Assembly: GCA_965207225.1 (NCBI GenBank)
Contig: CBDBLV010000004.1
Location: 384,001 to 448,000, forward strand
Length of the DNA stretch: 64,000 bases
Reading direction: 5' to 3'
Source of the DNA: Dehalococcoidia bacterium
GTDB taxonomy: Bacteria; Chloroflexota; Dehalococcoidia; Plut-88900
Made by a program: the position numbers and the translations under genes. Numbering within the stretch: the first letter of the stretch is position 1; the number at the start of each line of letters is the position of its first letter. Positions 28,098-37,746 of this stretch are shown piece by piece. The notes below the pieces were generated by a model. It ran no database searches and had not been told where the DNA came from. It saw only the letters and a list, made by a program, of their open reading frames with translations.

Positions 28098-28910
28098 TCA
28101 GTGCTCCATTATCAGGCCGCCATCGATGTTTATGGACTGGCCGTGGATCCAGGATGCGGCCTTTGTGCACAGGTAGGCTATGAATTCACCCACCTCCTCG
28201 TCAGTGCCGTTCCTGCCGATGGGCGTAGTTCGGGCCATCAGTTCCCAGGCATCGGAGTAGACGAGGTCGTCCATCCTGTGGGTGTCAACGGCGCCGGGGC
28301 ATACGCAGTTCACGTTGACCCCGTAAGGGCCCAACTCCTCGGCCATCGTTTGGGTCATGGCAACCTGGGCGAAGCACCCGGCGCAGTAGGCCAGGGCGTC
28401 GGCGCTGCCCCGCTTTCCCGCCCCCGAGGACACATTGATTATCTTGCCACCCTCGCCCCGGGCCAGCATGACCTGAGCGGCGGCCTTGGAGCAGAGGTAG
28501 GTGCCCCATACCTTTATGTCTACCACTCTTTTGAATATGTCGTCGTCCAGCATAACGGTCGGTACCCGATCTGCGCCCCGGGCGTAGGCTGCGTTGTTTA
28601 CTACGATGTCGATCCGGCCGAACTCCCGTACCGTCTTCGCTGTCATGTCCGCCACCTGCTCAGGGCTGGACACGTCCAGTACCAGGGGAAGGGCCCTTCG
28701 TCCGAGGGCCCGGACCTGCTCGGCGGTGCTTTCAATGTCCTTCCAGCCTATGGCTTTCTCGTCATCGGGAAAGGAGTCGGGGTTCCGACCCGTGCCCGTG
28801 GGCACGATGTCGGCGCCCAGCTTCGCCAGGGCTACGCACGCCGCTCTCCCTATGCCCCGCAGCCTCCCGGCACCCGTCACAATCGCAACTTGGCCATCCA
28901 GTTCTCCCAT
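28098..28910 (-). CDS. SDR family oxidoreductase (tandem copy 2)
   Basis: TGAGRLRGIG, NNAA, NVSS, VNCVCPG, GQSINIDGG. Confidence 0.92.
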   Translation of the reverse strand: MGELDGQVAIVTGAGRLRGIGRAACVALAKLGADIVPTGTGRNPDSFPDDEKAIGWKDIESTAEQVRALGRRALPLVLDVSSPEQVADMTAKTVREFGRIDIVVNNAAYARGADRVPTVMLDDDIFKRVVDIKVWGTYLCSKAAAQVMLARGEGGKIINVSSGAGKRGSADALAYCAGCFAQVAMTQTMAEELGPYGVNVNCVCPGAVDTHRMDDLVYSDAWELMARTTPIGRNGTDEEVGEFIAYLCTKAASWIHGQSINIDGGLIMEH

Positions 28911-28935
28911 TTGTTTCTCCGCTTGCTTTCTATCC

Positions 28936-29748
28936 CTAGTGTTCCATGATCAGCCCACCGTCGATATTTATCGACTGGCCGTGAATCCAGGAAGCCGCAT
29001 TGGTGCAAAGGTAGGCGATGAACTCTCCCACCTCGTCGTCGGTGCCGTTCCGCCCGATGGGGGTCTCCATGGCCATCTCGTTCCAGGCGTCCGAATGTAC
29101 GAGGTCGTCCATGCGGTGGGTGTCCACGGCCCCCGGGCAAACGCAGTTGACATTCACGCCGTAGGGGCCGAGCTCGTGGGCCAAGGTCTGGGTCATGGCC
29201 ACCTGGGCAAAACACCCGGCGCAGTAGGCCAGAGTCTCAGCGTCTCCCCTCTTCCCCGCACCGGACGAGATGTTGATAATCTTTCCACCCTCGCCGCCTG
29301 CCAGCATCACCTGTGCCGCCGCCTTGGAACAGAGATAGGTGCCGAGAATCTTGATATCTACGACCTTCTTGAAAACGGCATCGTCGAGGACCACGGTCGG
29401 GACGCGGTCGGCGCCCCGGGCGTAGGCGGCGTTGTTAACCATGATGTCTATTCGTCCGAACTCCCGCACCGTTTTTGCCGCCATATCGGCTACGTGCTCA
29501 GCGTTGGTCACGTCGACAATCATGGGCAGGGCCCTGCGCCCGAGGGCCCGGACCTGCTCGGCGGTGCTTTCGATATCCTTCCAGCCGACGGCTTTCTCGT
29601 CGTCAGGGAAGGTGTCGGGGTTCCGGCCCGTGCCCGTGGGAACGATGTCGGCGCCCAGCTTAGCGAGGGCGACGCACGCTGCCCGACCAATACCCCTCAG
29701 CCTCCCTGCCCCGGTTACGATTGCAACCTTGCCATCCAGTTCACCCAT
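28936..29748 (-). CDS. SDR family oxidoreductase (tandem copy 1)
   Basis: About 88% identical to 28098-28910 (32 differences in 270 aa by manual count). Confidence 0.92.
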   Translation of the reverse strand: MGELDGKVAIVTGAGRLRGIGRAACVALAKLGADIVPTGTGRNPDTFPDDEKAVGWKDIESTAEQVRALGRRALPMIVDVTNAEHVADMAAKTVREFGRIDIMVNNAAYARGADRVPTVVLDDAVFKKVVDIKILGTYLCSKAAAQVMLAGGEGGKIINISSGAGKRGDAETLAYCAGCFAQVAMTQTLAHELGPYGVNVNCVCPGAVDTHRMDDLVHSDAWNEMAMETPIGRNGTDDEVGEFIAYLCTNAASWIHGQSINIDGGLIMEH

Positions 29749-29884
29749 AACCTGCTCCAAACTTTCGAGATTTATCTGCGGAAAAGCGGCGTCCCGGTCG
29801 TTTGGCAGTTTAGGGAGCAGCCCCTATTCCGTCAACGCCCGCGGCCCCTTGCACCCGACTCCCGAACGACCTACCCTACCGACT

Positions 29885-30754
29885 ATGTTGGGATTCAAGA
29901 CGGGCATGGTGACGGCTAATTCCCTCGACTTTGCCTACGTGGAGTCGGGTGAAGGACCCCTGGTGCTGTGCCTCCACGGATTCCCCGACAACGCTCTCAC
30001 CTATCGTTACCTGATGCCCAAGCTAGCTGAATCCGGGTTCCGGGCCGTGGCCGCCTATATGAGAGGCTATGCGCCTACATCCGTCCCTGCCGACGGTCGG
30101 TACCAATCCGCAACGCTGGGGCGGGACGCCCTAGACCTGATTGAGGCCCTGGGGTCGGACTCGGCCTTTGTGATTGGACACGACTGGGGAGCGCTGGCCG
30201 GATATTCCGCGGCAACCCTCGGGCCGGAGAGGGTGTTAAAGCTGGTCACCCTCGGGGCTGCGCACCCGGGCGCTTCCCTTGACCACGACTTCGATTACTT
30301 GCGGGGCACGTGGCATTCCTACTACTTCCAGCTGCCCGCGGCGGAGGCCACTTTGCCCCATAACGACTTCCAGTTCATAGCCGACTGGTGGAAAAATGCT
30401 TCGCCCAACTGGGATATACCGCCTGAACTACTGGAGTCGGTTAAGGAGACTTTCAGGCAGCCGGGAGTCGTGCAGGCTGCACTGGAATACTACCGGCACG
30501 CAGTTAACCCTGACCTACGGGGTCCTGCCCTGGAAGAAACGGAATCCAAGCTGGCAGCCGGGCCTATCAGCGTACCCACCCTCGCCCTCCACGGCACCCA
30601 CGACCGGCCCAAGCGCCTCGAGTCCTTCGAGCAGATGGACAGATTCTTCTCGGGGCCGTTGACCAAGGTAGTGCTGCCGGGCACGGGCCATTTCCTCCAC
30701 CTGGAAGAACCCGAGGGAACGTCCCGGCTAGTGTTGGACTTCCTGAGTTCCTAG
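29885..30754 (+). CDS. Alpha/beta hydrolase, epoxide hydrolase-like
   Basis: LHGFPD, RGY, GHDWGA nucleophile elbow, GHFLHLE. Confidence 0.88.
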   Translation: MLGFKTGMVTANSLDFAYVESGEGPLVLCLHGFPDNALTYRYLMPKLAESGFRAVAAYMRGYAPTSVPADGRYQSATLGRDALDLIEALGSDSAFVIGHDWGALAGYSAATLGPERVLKLVTLGAAHPGASLDHDFDYLRGTWHSYYFQLPAAEATLPHNDFQFIADWWKNASPNWDIPPELLESVKETFRQPGVVQAALEYYRHAVNPDLRGPALEETESKLAAGPISVPTLALHGTHDRPKRLESFEQMDRFFSGPLTKVVLPGTGHFLHLEEPEGTSRLVLDFLSS

Positions 30755-30766
30755 ATCTCTCGAGTC

Positions 30767-31618
30767 TCAGGCCCAGTCGGGGTCCAGGCCCGTCATCCGG
30801 CAGCTGATGTCCCAGAGGCGTCGGGCCGATTCCTCATCATAGGACTCCCGGGATGACGACACTGGCGCCTCCTTGACGAAGTACTTTCCGCTAACCCCTT
30901 CTACATCCTCTGAGGATGCCAGGTAAACCGAGGTCCGGGCCCCGGACTCCATGCTGACTGCCGCGATCCTGGTCACGGCCTTCAGCTTGCGGGGCAGTCC
31001 TCCGGCGTCGGCGAGCAGGTTTGTAGCCACGACTCCCGGGTGCAGGCAATTCACTGTGACTCCCGACCCTTCGAGTCTTCTCGCCAGCTCGTAGGTGAAC
31101 AGGATGTTGGCCAGTTTGGTCTTGCCGTAGACCCGGGTCCGCCCGTACTGCCTTTCAGACTGGAGGTCATCAAAGTCGATGGTAGCTCCCGCATGGACCT
31201 GGGAAGCAACATTCACGACTCGGGCGGGGGTGTTGGCCTTGAGCAGGTCCATCAGCAACCCGGTGAGGTGGAAGTAGGCCAGGTGATTAACGGCAAACTG
31301 CACCTCCAGCCCATCCTTGGTGATTTCCCGCCGGCGCGGGATCACGGCGGCGTTGTTCAAGAGAATGTTCAGATCACTGAATTCATGCTTTACGTCCCCC
31401 GCCAGTCTCTCGATCGCAGAAGGATCGGAGAGGTCAGCGATAAGGAGGTGCACGTTTTCGTTGCCGGTCTTTTGCTTGACTATCTGCAGGGCCTCCCGAC
31501 CTCGCCCCTGATCTCGGCTGACCATGAGGACTCGGGCCCCGAGCCTGGCAAGGCCAATGGAGGTAGCAAGCCCGATGCCCGCGTTGGCCCCCGTTATCAA
31601 CACAGTTTTGTCTTTCAT
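30767..31618 (-). CDS. SDR family oxidoreductase (retinol dehydrogenase-like)
   Basis: TGANAGIG, NNAA, FAVNHL, YGKTK, HPGVVAT, SGKYF. Confidence 0.92.
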   Translation of the reverse strand: MKDKTVLITGANAGIGLATSIGLARLGARVLMVSRDQGRGREALQIVKQKTGNENVHLLIADLSDPSAIERLAGDVKHEFSDLNILLNNAAVIPRRREITKDGLEVQFAVNHLAYFHLTGLLMDLLKANTPARVVNVASQVHAGATIDFDDLQSERQYGRTRVYGKTKLANILFTYELARRLEGSGVTVNCLHPGVVATNLLADAGGLPRKLKAVTRIAAVSMESGARTSVYLASSEDVEGVSGKYFVKEAPVSSSRESYDEESARRLWDISCRMTGLDPDWA

Positions 31619-31716
31619 ATTCTTGTTTTGTATTCCTTGGATTGGCTATTGCCGGGGGAGGATACCAGATAACCCACCACCGACACGCCTGTATAATCCT
31701 CTCTCGTGAGGGTAAT

Positions 31717-32595
31717 ATGAAGCTGCACCTGGTAGACGGGACCTACGAACTATTTCGGGGGCATTTTGCCTTGCCGCCCCTCTCATCGCCCGATGGTCGG
31801 CCCGTGGCTGCGGTCAGGGGGCTGATCCAGACCTTGTTGCTGCTTTTGCGCCAGCCCGACGTGACCCACGTAGCCTGCGCCTTTGATCACGTGGTCGAGT
31901 CTTTTCGAAATGACCTGTTCCCGGCATACAAAGACGGGCGGGGAATCCCGGAGGAGCTGGCTTCTCAATTCGGTCTCGCCGAAGAGGCCGTGAGAGCCTT
32001 GGGAATCGTTGCCTGGCCCATGATCGAGTTTGAGGCCGACGATGCCCTCGCCACTGCCGCCATACGCTGGCAAGCAGACCCCGAGGTAGAACAGGTCGTC
32101 ATCTGCTCGCCGGACAAGGATCTCTGCCAGCTGGTGTCGGGGGACAGGGTTGTGTGCCTGGACAGGAGAAGGGAAATAGTGCTGGACGAGCCAGCCGTGA
32201 TCGAGAAGTTCGGGGTGCGGCCCGAATCCATTCCCGACTACCTGGCGTTGGTCGGGGACAACGCCGACGGTATACCGGGGATTCCTCGGTGGGGGGCGGG
32301 GGGAACTGCGACGGTCCTGTCCCGATATGGGCGCATCGAAGATATACCCGCGGATGCGGAGCAATGGGACGTAAAGGTGCGCGGGGCCAAAGCCCTTGCC
32401 CAGAACCTGAACGATATGCGCTCCGACGCCCTTCTCTACAAGAAGCTTGCAACTCTCCGCACGGACGCCCCGATCTCGGAAAGCCTGGAAGACCTACTCT
32501 GGCGGGGCATCCCAACCTCCGACTTCCAGGACTTTTGCGCTGCGCAGGGTTTTACGCGGTTGGCAGAGTCGGGGCTTCCCACACTGTCTTGCTAG
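31717..32595 (+). CDS. Stand-alone 5'-3' exonuclease / flap endonuclease
   Basis: LVDG, SFRN..FPAYK, FEADDA, SPDKD, LALVGD.ADGIPGIP. Confidence 0.9.
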   Translation: MKLHLVDGTYELFRGHFALPPLSSPDGRPVAAVRGLIQTLLLLLRQPDVTHVACAFDHVVESFRNDLFPAYKDGRGIPEELASQFGLAEEAVRALGIVAWPMIEFEADDALATAAIRWQADPEVEQVVICSPDKDLCQLVSGDRVVCLDRRREIVLDEPAVIEKFGVRPESIPDYLALVGDNADGIPGIPRWGAGGTATVLSRYGRIEDIPADAEQWDVKVRGAKALAQNLNDMRSDALLYKKLATLRTDAPISESLEDLLWRGIPTSDFQDFCAAQGFTRLAESGLPTLSC

Positions 32596-32598
32596 GGA

Positions 32599-33159
32599 CT
32601 ATTCGTCCCTGTTAATCCACTTCCAGTCGCCGACACTTCCCCGCTGGTTCAGCCCTTTCTGCAATCCGCGAATATAAGAGATTTGGCCTACGTGCTGAGC
32701 GATCTCACAGATGAGATGGCTCCACACTCGGCCTAAGGTGTAGTCGCGTCGTCTCGGGTGGTCACTGGGCGGCACAAAGTCAAAGTCGCTTTCTGAAAGG
32801 GTCTTCAGGTACGCCAGGCTCTCGCCGCGCACTTGTTTTCTGTATTCCGCAATCTCGGTAAGCGGGGGACTGGGGTAAGCGTTGATCTCTTCCCGACCGT
32901 AGCCGAATCCGGTGTCGTCCACTGCGATGCCCCAGCGGTCGGACCATCCCTTCCGTTCGAAGACCTGGGCCTGACGGAGGGCATAGTCGCTTACAAAAAT
33001 GTCCTCCGCCCGACCAATGTGCCACATCAGGAAGGAAATCGAGTTGGCATCCTGATCGGGTCTCCAGTCCAAGTCCTCGGGGGACAGGCCTTCGAGCATG
33101 TGGGCCAGCTCGGCTTCAAGCTCCTGGAAGGCTTCTTCGACTATGCGGCTGATGTGCAT
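32599..33159 (-). CDS. DinB/YfiT family protein
   Basis: LDWRP...ANSISFLMWHIGRAED, QHVGQISYIRGL. Confidence 0.85.
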   Translation of the reverse strand: MHISRIVEEAFQELEAELAHMLEGLSPEDLDWRPDQDANSISFLMWHIGRAEDIFVSDYALRQAQVFERKGWSDRWGIAVDDTGFGYGREEINAYPSPPLTEIAEYRKQVRGESLAYLKTLSESDFDFVPPSDHPRRRDYTLGRVWSHLICEIAQHVGQISYIRGLQKGLNQRGSVGDWKWINRDE

Positions 33160-33208
33160 TCAGGTCCTCCTAATGAGAAGTAGAGATATGGCGAAACGGC
33201 TAATCTAG

Positions 33209-33655
33209 TCAGGCAAGCACGGAGTCTTGCCATTGTGTAACATTTGCTGGGTCCAAACGCTCTAATCCCGGCAACTTGTCGAAATCCGTGTCTGCCGAGA
33301 CTATGCGGTCTATACGGAGCCGTTTCATAACTGCTGCATGGACCAGGTCTCTAGAACTCGCTTCGGGGTGACAGTCCGCGAGGTCACATGCCAACTCGAC
33401 GTCTTCAAGAAAAACAGGCTCTACTCTATCGTGCATCGTCTCGGCAAAGGATTGAAAAATATCTCGGCCCAATACCCATCTACCGGAAGAGCGGTATCGA
33501 TGCAAAATTTCTTGCATCACTTCGCTATCGGTAAAGAATAACCTCGGATGTAGGGCAACTATCCTCAATATCTGCAAGCAGGGCGCCTTGTAAGGATGAT
33601 CTGCTCCGCCCGCATAGATCGGAATGTTTGTGTCAATAAAGGCCGCCGGGCTCAT
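33209..33655 (-). CDS. vapC: PIN-domain toxin VapC
   Basis: FIDTNI, EVMQEI, RDLVHAA, SADTDFD. Confidence 0.9.
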   Translation of the reverse strand: MSPAAFIDTNIPIYAGGADHPYKAPCLQILRIVALHPRLFFTDSEVMQEILHRYRSSGRWVLGRDIFQSFAETMHDRVEPVFLEDVELACDLADCHPEASSRDLVHAAVMKRLRIDRIVSADTDFDKLPGLERLDPANVTQWQDSVLA

Positions 33656-33881
33656 ACTTCGCCTCTAGTTCACGGGACAGCTGCTCGGGGTCGGGGACGT
33701 CCTCTACTTCCAGGCTCGCTATCCTTTCGACAGCGCGTAACCGACGTGCGAGCATTATTTCCTGATAAGCATCGTCTATTAGACGCCTGACAACTTCTGA
33801 AATCGGCTCGCCTTTTTCTTCCACCAATATCTCCAGCCTTCGGCGGTGCTCTGAATCGAGACGCACATCCAATCTGGCCAT
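33633..33881 (-). CDS. Putative antitoxin (ribbon-helix-helix, VapB-like)
   Basis: 82 aa, RLDVRLD..ISEVVRRLID; overlaps the vapC start. Confidence 0.75.
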   Translation of the reverse strand: MARLDVRLDSEHRRRLEILVEEKGEPISEVVRRLIDDAYQEIMLARRLRAVERIASLEVEDVPDPEQLSRELEAKYEPGGLY

Positions 33882-34022
33882 TTCACCCTCCGCATACGTA
33901 CTTACTTGTACGGAGCAAATTGTCCGTCATCTGACATGTCCTGTCAATGCTGATATTAAACAGTGCTTTCGAACTTCCTCCAAACGCTATACTACCCCCG
34001 ACACCTGCTAAAGGACATCTTG

Positions 34023-34874
34023 ATGCTGATCTCTGAACGAAGAATGCGCTTCCGCGAATACCTTTCCCGAGAGTCGTGCGTACGGCCCGCTTCCGTTTTT
34101 GATGCCATGTCGGCACGGCTTGCGGAGGCTGCGGGATTCGAGATAGGGATGCTGGCCGGGTCAATCGCCTCTGCGGTGGCTATCGGGGCGCCCGATTGGA
34201 CCCTGATTACGCTCACTGAATTCGCCGAGCAGGCCCGACGGATCACCCGCGCCTCCAATATCAGCCTGCTGGTCGACGCGGACCACGGCTACGGCAATGC
34301 CCTTAACGTGATGAGAACCGTGGAGGAAATGGAGAATTCGGGAGTCTCGGCGCTCACTATCGAGGATGCCGTTTTGCCTACACCCTTCGGCTCGGGACCC
34401 GGGCAAGGACTCATCTCCATAGAAGAGATTGTCGGAAAACTCAAGGCGGCCCTCCGGGCCCGGCAAGACCCGTCCCTCGTGATTGTAGGACGGAGTATCG
34501 CCGGCCCCGATGAGGTGGAAGACCGAGCCCGAGCTTTTGCACAATTGGGCGTCGATGCGCTTTTCTTCACCGGTGTGTCCACCATTGAACAGTTGAGAAG
34601 AATCCGGGAAGCCACCGGCCTTCCTCTTCTCACCGGGTCCCGGGCCCCGGAGCTGGACGATCTGGACCGCATGGCCTCGGTGGGGGTGCGAATTGCGCAG
34701 AAGGGACACCTGCCTATTCGCGCGGCGATGAAGGCGCTATTGGAAACCTACAAGGCTCAAAAGTCGGGGCTGGGGGCGGCGGAACTGAAGGACATGCTGG
34801 CTTCCGAGGAAACTATGGACGTTGCGCTGGGGCAAAGCGCTTACGACGGGTGGAAATCGGAGTTCCTGTGCTAA
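34023..34874 (+). CDS. Isocitrate lyase/PEP mutase family (oxaloacetate decarboxylase-like)
   Basis: VFDAMSAR, LAGSIAS..GAPD, VDADHGYGNALNVMRTV, TIED..LP..FG. Confidence 0.85.
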   Translation: MLISERRMRFREYLSRESCVRPASVFDAMSARLAEAAGFEIGMLAGSIASAVAIGAPDWTLITLTEFAEQARRITRASNISLLVDADHGYGNALNVMRTVEEMENSGVSALTIEDAVLPTPFGSGPGQGLISIEEIVGKLKAALRARQDPSLVIVGRSIAGPDEVEDRARAFAQLGVDALFFTGVSTIEQLRRIREATGLPLLTGSRAPELDDLDRMASVGVRIAQKGHLPIRAAMKALLETYKAQKSGLGAAELKDMLASEETMDVALGQSAYDGWKSEFLC

Positions 34875-34885
34875 CCGGTTCCCGA

Positions 34886-36535
34886 CTACCGGGTAATGTA
34901 TTCAGAAGCCCCCGCCCTCCGGTAGACTTCCCGTCCTCCGAGGAACACGTAGTCCACCTTAACGTCCAGAATCTCGTCACCCGTCATCTCGCTCGGGTCA
35001 CGGTTGAGGACCACGATGTCTGCGAGCTTGCCCCGCTCGAGGCTGCCCTTTACATCGTCTTCGCCCAGTGCGGCGGACGGGTAGATGGTGTGCATTTTCA
35101 AGGCTTCTTGCATCGAAATACGCTGCTCTGGGTCGATTACTTGACCCGTGAAAGTTTGACGTTTGACAGCGCACCAGATGCTGAAGAAGGGGTTGAAGTG
35201 ACGGGCCTCGGAGCCCGAGCCGTCTGAGCTGCACGGCAACTCCCATCCTTCATCAACCATAGTGCGGAAAGAGAACCGGCCCTTGCTGGCGTAATCACCC
35301 ATGTAGACGGGGAAATAGTCCCCGAAGGTGTAAAGAAAGACGGCCTGAGGCGCGGGCATCAAGCCAGCCCTGCGCCAAAGCTCTCGGGTCCCGGGATCTG
35401 ATACGAAGATGCCGGCGTGCTCCATCCGGTTCACCATCCGGCCCGTAGGCGGGTCACCGAGTTCAATGGCTATCTTGCACATCGACTCCTGGGCCCGTTC
35501 CCCATTGCAGTGGATGATCAGTTGCAACTCCGCCTCCCGCGTCCCGACCATCGCATTACGGATTTGCGTCCGGTTCAAGGCCAGCTTGCCTCGAGAGCCG
35601 TTTCGTCCTACGTATGGCAGCTTCACAGCGGCCAGCGCCGCCGAGTAACCACCGTCGGCGAACATTTTGACTCCCTGGATGCGCATGTGCTTGTCGTCCG
35701 AGGAGATGTTGAGGTGGTCCTGCCAGCGGCAGGCATCCTTGATTGACATCAGTCTCGGGACCCAGATGTAGGTCCTGAACCGGACGTTGATGTCTCCGCT
35801 GCCTATCAGGCGGTCGGCCAGCTCTATTCCCTCGGTGCTGTGAGAGATATCGCCTATCGTTGTAACACCGTTGGCGGTCAAGTGCTCGCTGGATATGGCT
35901 TTGAGGGCCCTCTCCTTGGTGGAGAGGTCGGGGCGGGGGATGGGGAGCAGGTGCTCCAGGTCCTTAATTATTCCGTTCGGCTCTCCGGACTCCTCCAACT
36001 CGACCGTGGCTCCCGCCGGGACCCGGAACCCGGGCCCAATGCCGACAAGTTCCAGGGCCCTGGAATTCAGAATCAGGTTGTGGCCCCCGGCCATCATGGC
36101 CACGGGGATATCTGTACTGACTTTGTCCAGGTCCCGACGGTTGGGCAGCCGCTTGTCCTTCAGCTTCTGGTCCTGGAAGAGGCTGCCGTGCCCGAACAGC
36201 CAGCCAGTCTCGTCCGCCATGTCCATGTTCTGGCGGAAGGCCTCTATAACGTCGTCTATCGTCTCCCGGGGCGGCGTGTGTACGTCTACCCGGTTATACA
36301 GAGCGAGGGAGGCCATCTCCGGGTGGACGTGGACGTCCACAAACCCCGGCATGATGGGCCGATCTCCGAAGTCATAAGTCGCAACGCCGTCCCCTAGCGC
36401 CCCCTCCACCCGACCCCGCGGCCCCATTTCCAGTATCGAGTCGCCCTTCACCGCTACGGAGTCGTCATCCCGGCCGGGGTCCCGGGCCATGCTGATTAGC
36501 TTTCTGGACGTGAATAGCGCCTTCTTTTCTTCCAT
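34886..36535 (-). CDS. Amidohydrolase (Amidohydro_3/YtcJ-like)
   Basis: PGFVDVHVH, KMFADG, HCNGE, RMEHA, GSLERGKLADIVVL. Confidence 0.88.
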   Translation of the reverse strand: MEEKKALFTSRKLISMARDPGRDDDSVAVKGDSILEMGPRGRVEGALGDGVATYDFGDRPIMPGFVDVHVHPEMASLALYNRVDVHTPPRETIDDVIEAFRQNMDMADETGWLFGHGSLFQDQKLKDKRLPNRRDLDKVSTDIPVAMMAGGHNLILNSRALELVGIGPGFRVPAGATVELEESGEPNGIIKDLEHLLPIPRPDLSTKERALKAISSEHLTANGVTTIGDISHSTEGIELADRLIGSGDINVRFRTYIWVPRLMSIKDACRWQDHLNISSDDKHMRIQGVKMFADGGYSAALAAVKLPYVGRNGSRGKLALNRTQIRNAMVGTREAELQLIIHCNGERAQESMCKIAIELGDPPTGRMVNRMEHAGIFVSDPGTRELWRRAGLMPAPQAVFLYTFGDYFPVYMGDYASKGRFSFRTMVDEGWELPCSSDGSGSEARHFNPFFSIWCAVKRQTFTGQVIDPEQRISMQEALKMHTIYPSAALGEDDVKGSLERGKLADIVVLNRDPSEMTGDEILDVKVDYVFLGGREVYRRAGASEYITR

Positions 36536-36539
36536 CTCC

Positions 36540-37646
36540 TTAGCCCTCAACCCCACGCGCTAAGCCTTTGCCGGCCATGACCGGCTCCCGGCTGTTCGCA
36601 GCAGATTCCTGAGCCCTGTAGGGCTTCATCACTTCCTCTGCGAAGAGTTTGAGAGAGCGTTTGGCATCCTCGTGGCCCGGGCCGAAGTGGGTGAAGAGCG
36701 AAAGGTGGTCGAGGCCGGCCCTATCGAATGCATAGACCTTTTCCAGCACCTCGTCGGGGGTGCCCATGAGCAGGTTGTCGTAGACCTCCTGCTGTGTGGG
36801 GTCGTCATCGTTGGACTCGGGGGCGACGTATGCCCGGGGGTTGGAGTTCTGTGTGTAGTCGTGGAGTCGAGTCCCGATGCGGTGGTTGATTATGACATCC
36901 CGCGTCTTTGCGAAGGCCTCTTCCCTGGTCTCCCCGACGTAGTACATCCTCGACATCCCTATTTTCTGCACGCCACGTGCATTCCCGGCATCTTCCCGAC
37001 CCTCGTGGAAGGCGTCGCACATGCGCTGGATGTGGCTCATCGGTCGGCGGAAGGGAGCATGGAATACGTGGTAGCCTTTGCGGGCGTAGTGACGAATCGT
37101 GGAATCGTGCATGCACCCGACCCACACCGGGGGATGGGGACTCTGGACGGGTCGGGGCCAGACGTAGGTGTTTTCAAAGGACCAGAACCGCCCGGAGTGC
37201 TCGATTCCCTTCTCCTCGCTGTGCCAGATCTTTTCCAGTATCTCCAGGGACTCGTCGAAGCGGGCCCGGCTGTCGCCGAACTCCTGCTCGAAGCGGTCGA
37301 ACTCGTACTTGTAGGCCCCTCGGGCGACTCCTAGCTCGAATTTGCCCTCGAGCATGTTGTCGGTGGCTGCTATGTCGCCAGCTATGGCGAGGGGGTGGTG
37401 GAAGGGCAGAAGGACAACGGCCGTCCCTACGGTCGCTTTCTTGACGTGCTGCCCGACCTGGGTGGCGACCAGCAGGGCGTTGGGGGCGGGGATGTAGTGG
37501 ATTAGGTGGTGCTCCGGCACCCAGATGTTATCGAAGCCCAGGTCGTCGGCGAGGACAGCCAGCTCCAGCATGTTCTTGTACATGTCCAGGCCGCGCTGTT
37601 CTTCGTAAATCTGCATGAAGGAAAGGAATAGGCCGAATGTCATCAT
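36540..37646 (-). CDS. LLM-class flavin-dependent oxidoreductase
   Basis: GFDNIWVPEHH, GTAVVLLPFHHPL, LGVARG, PRPVQSPHPPVW, GTPDEV. Confidence 0.9.
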   Translation of the reverse strand: MMTFGLFLSFMQIYEEQRGLDMYKNMLELAVLADDLGFDNIWVPEHHLIHYIPAPNALLVATQVGQHVKKATVGTAVVLLPFHHPLAIAGDIAATDNMLEGKFELGVARGAYKYEFDRFEQEFGDSRARFDESLEILEKIWHSEEKGIEHSGRFWSFENTYVWPRPVQSPHPPVWVGCMHDSTIRHYARKGYHVFHAPFRRPMSHIQRMCDAFHEGREDAGNARGVQKIGMSRMYYVGETREEAFAKTRDVIINHRIGTRLHDYTQNSNPRAYVAPESNDDDPTQQEVYDNLLMGTPDEVLEKVYAFDRAGLDHLSLFTHFGPGHEDAKRSLKLFAEEVMKPYRAQESAANSREPVMAGKGLARGVEG

Positions 37647-37746
37647 GGTCTATGCGTCCTTTGGGTTGCGCTCGAGTAGTGGGTACAGGGTCGGGGTCGG
37701 CTCACGATACCTTTGGCTCAACCAGCCTGTCAATTTCACCTATCCC

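Noticed and set aside
29432-29885. Long N-terminal extensions from the ORF track (hydrolase 29432, rsmH 7610, radical SAM 11919, hicB 27526, methyltransferase 58201)
   Set aside because: They overlap neighbouring genes or promoter regions; family homology begins at the downstream starts used here.
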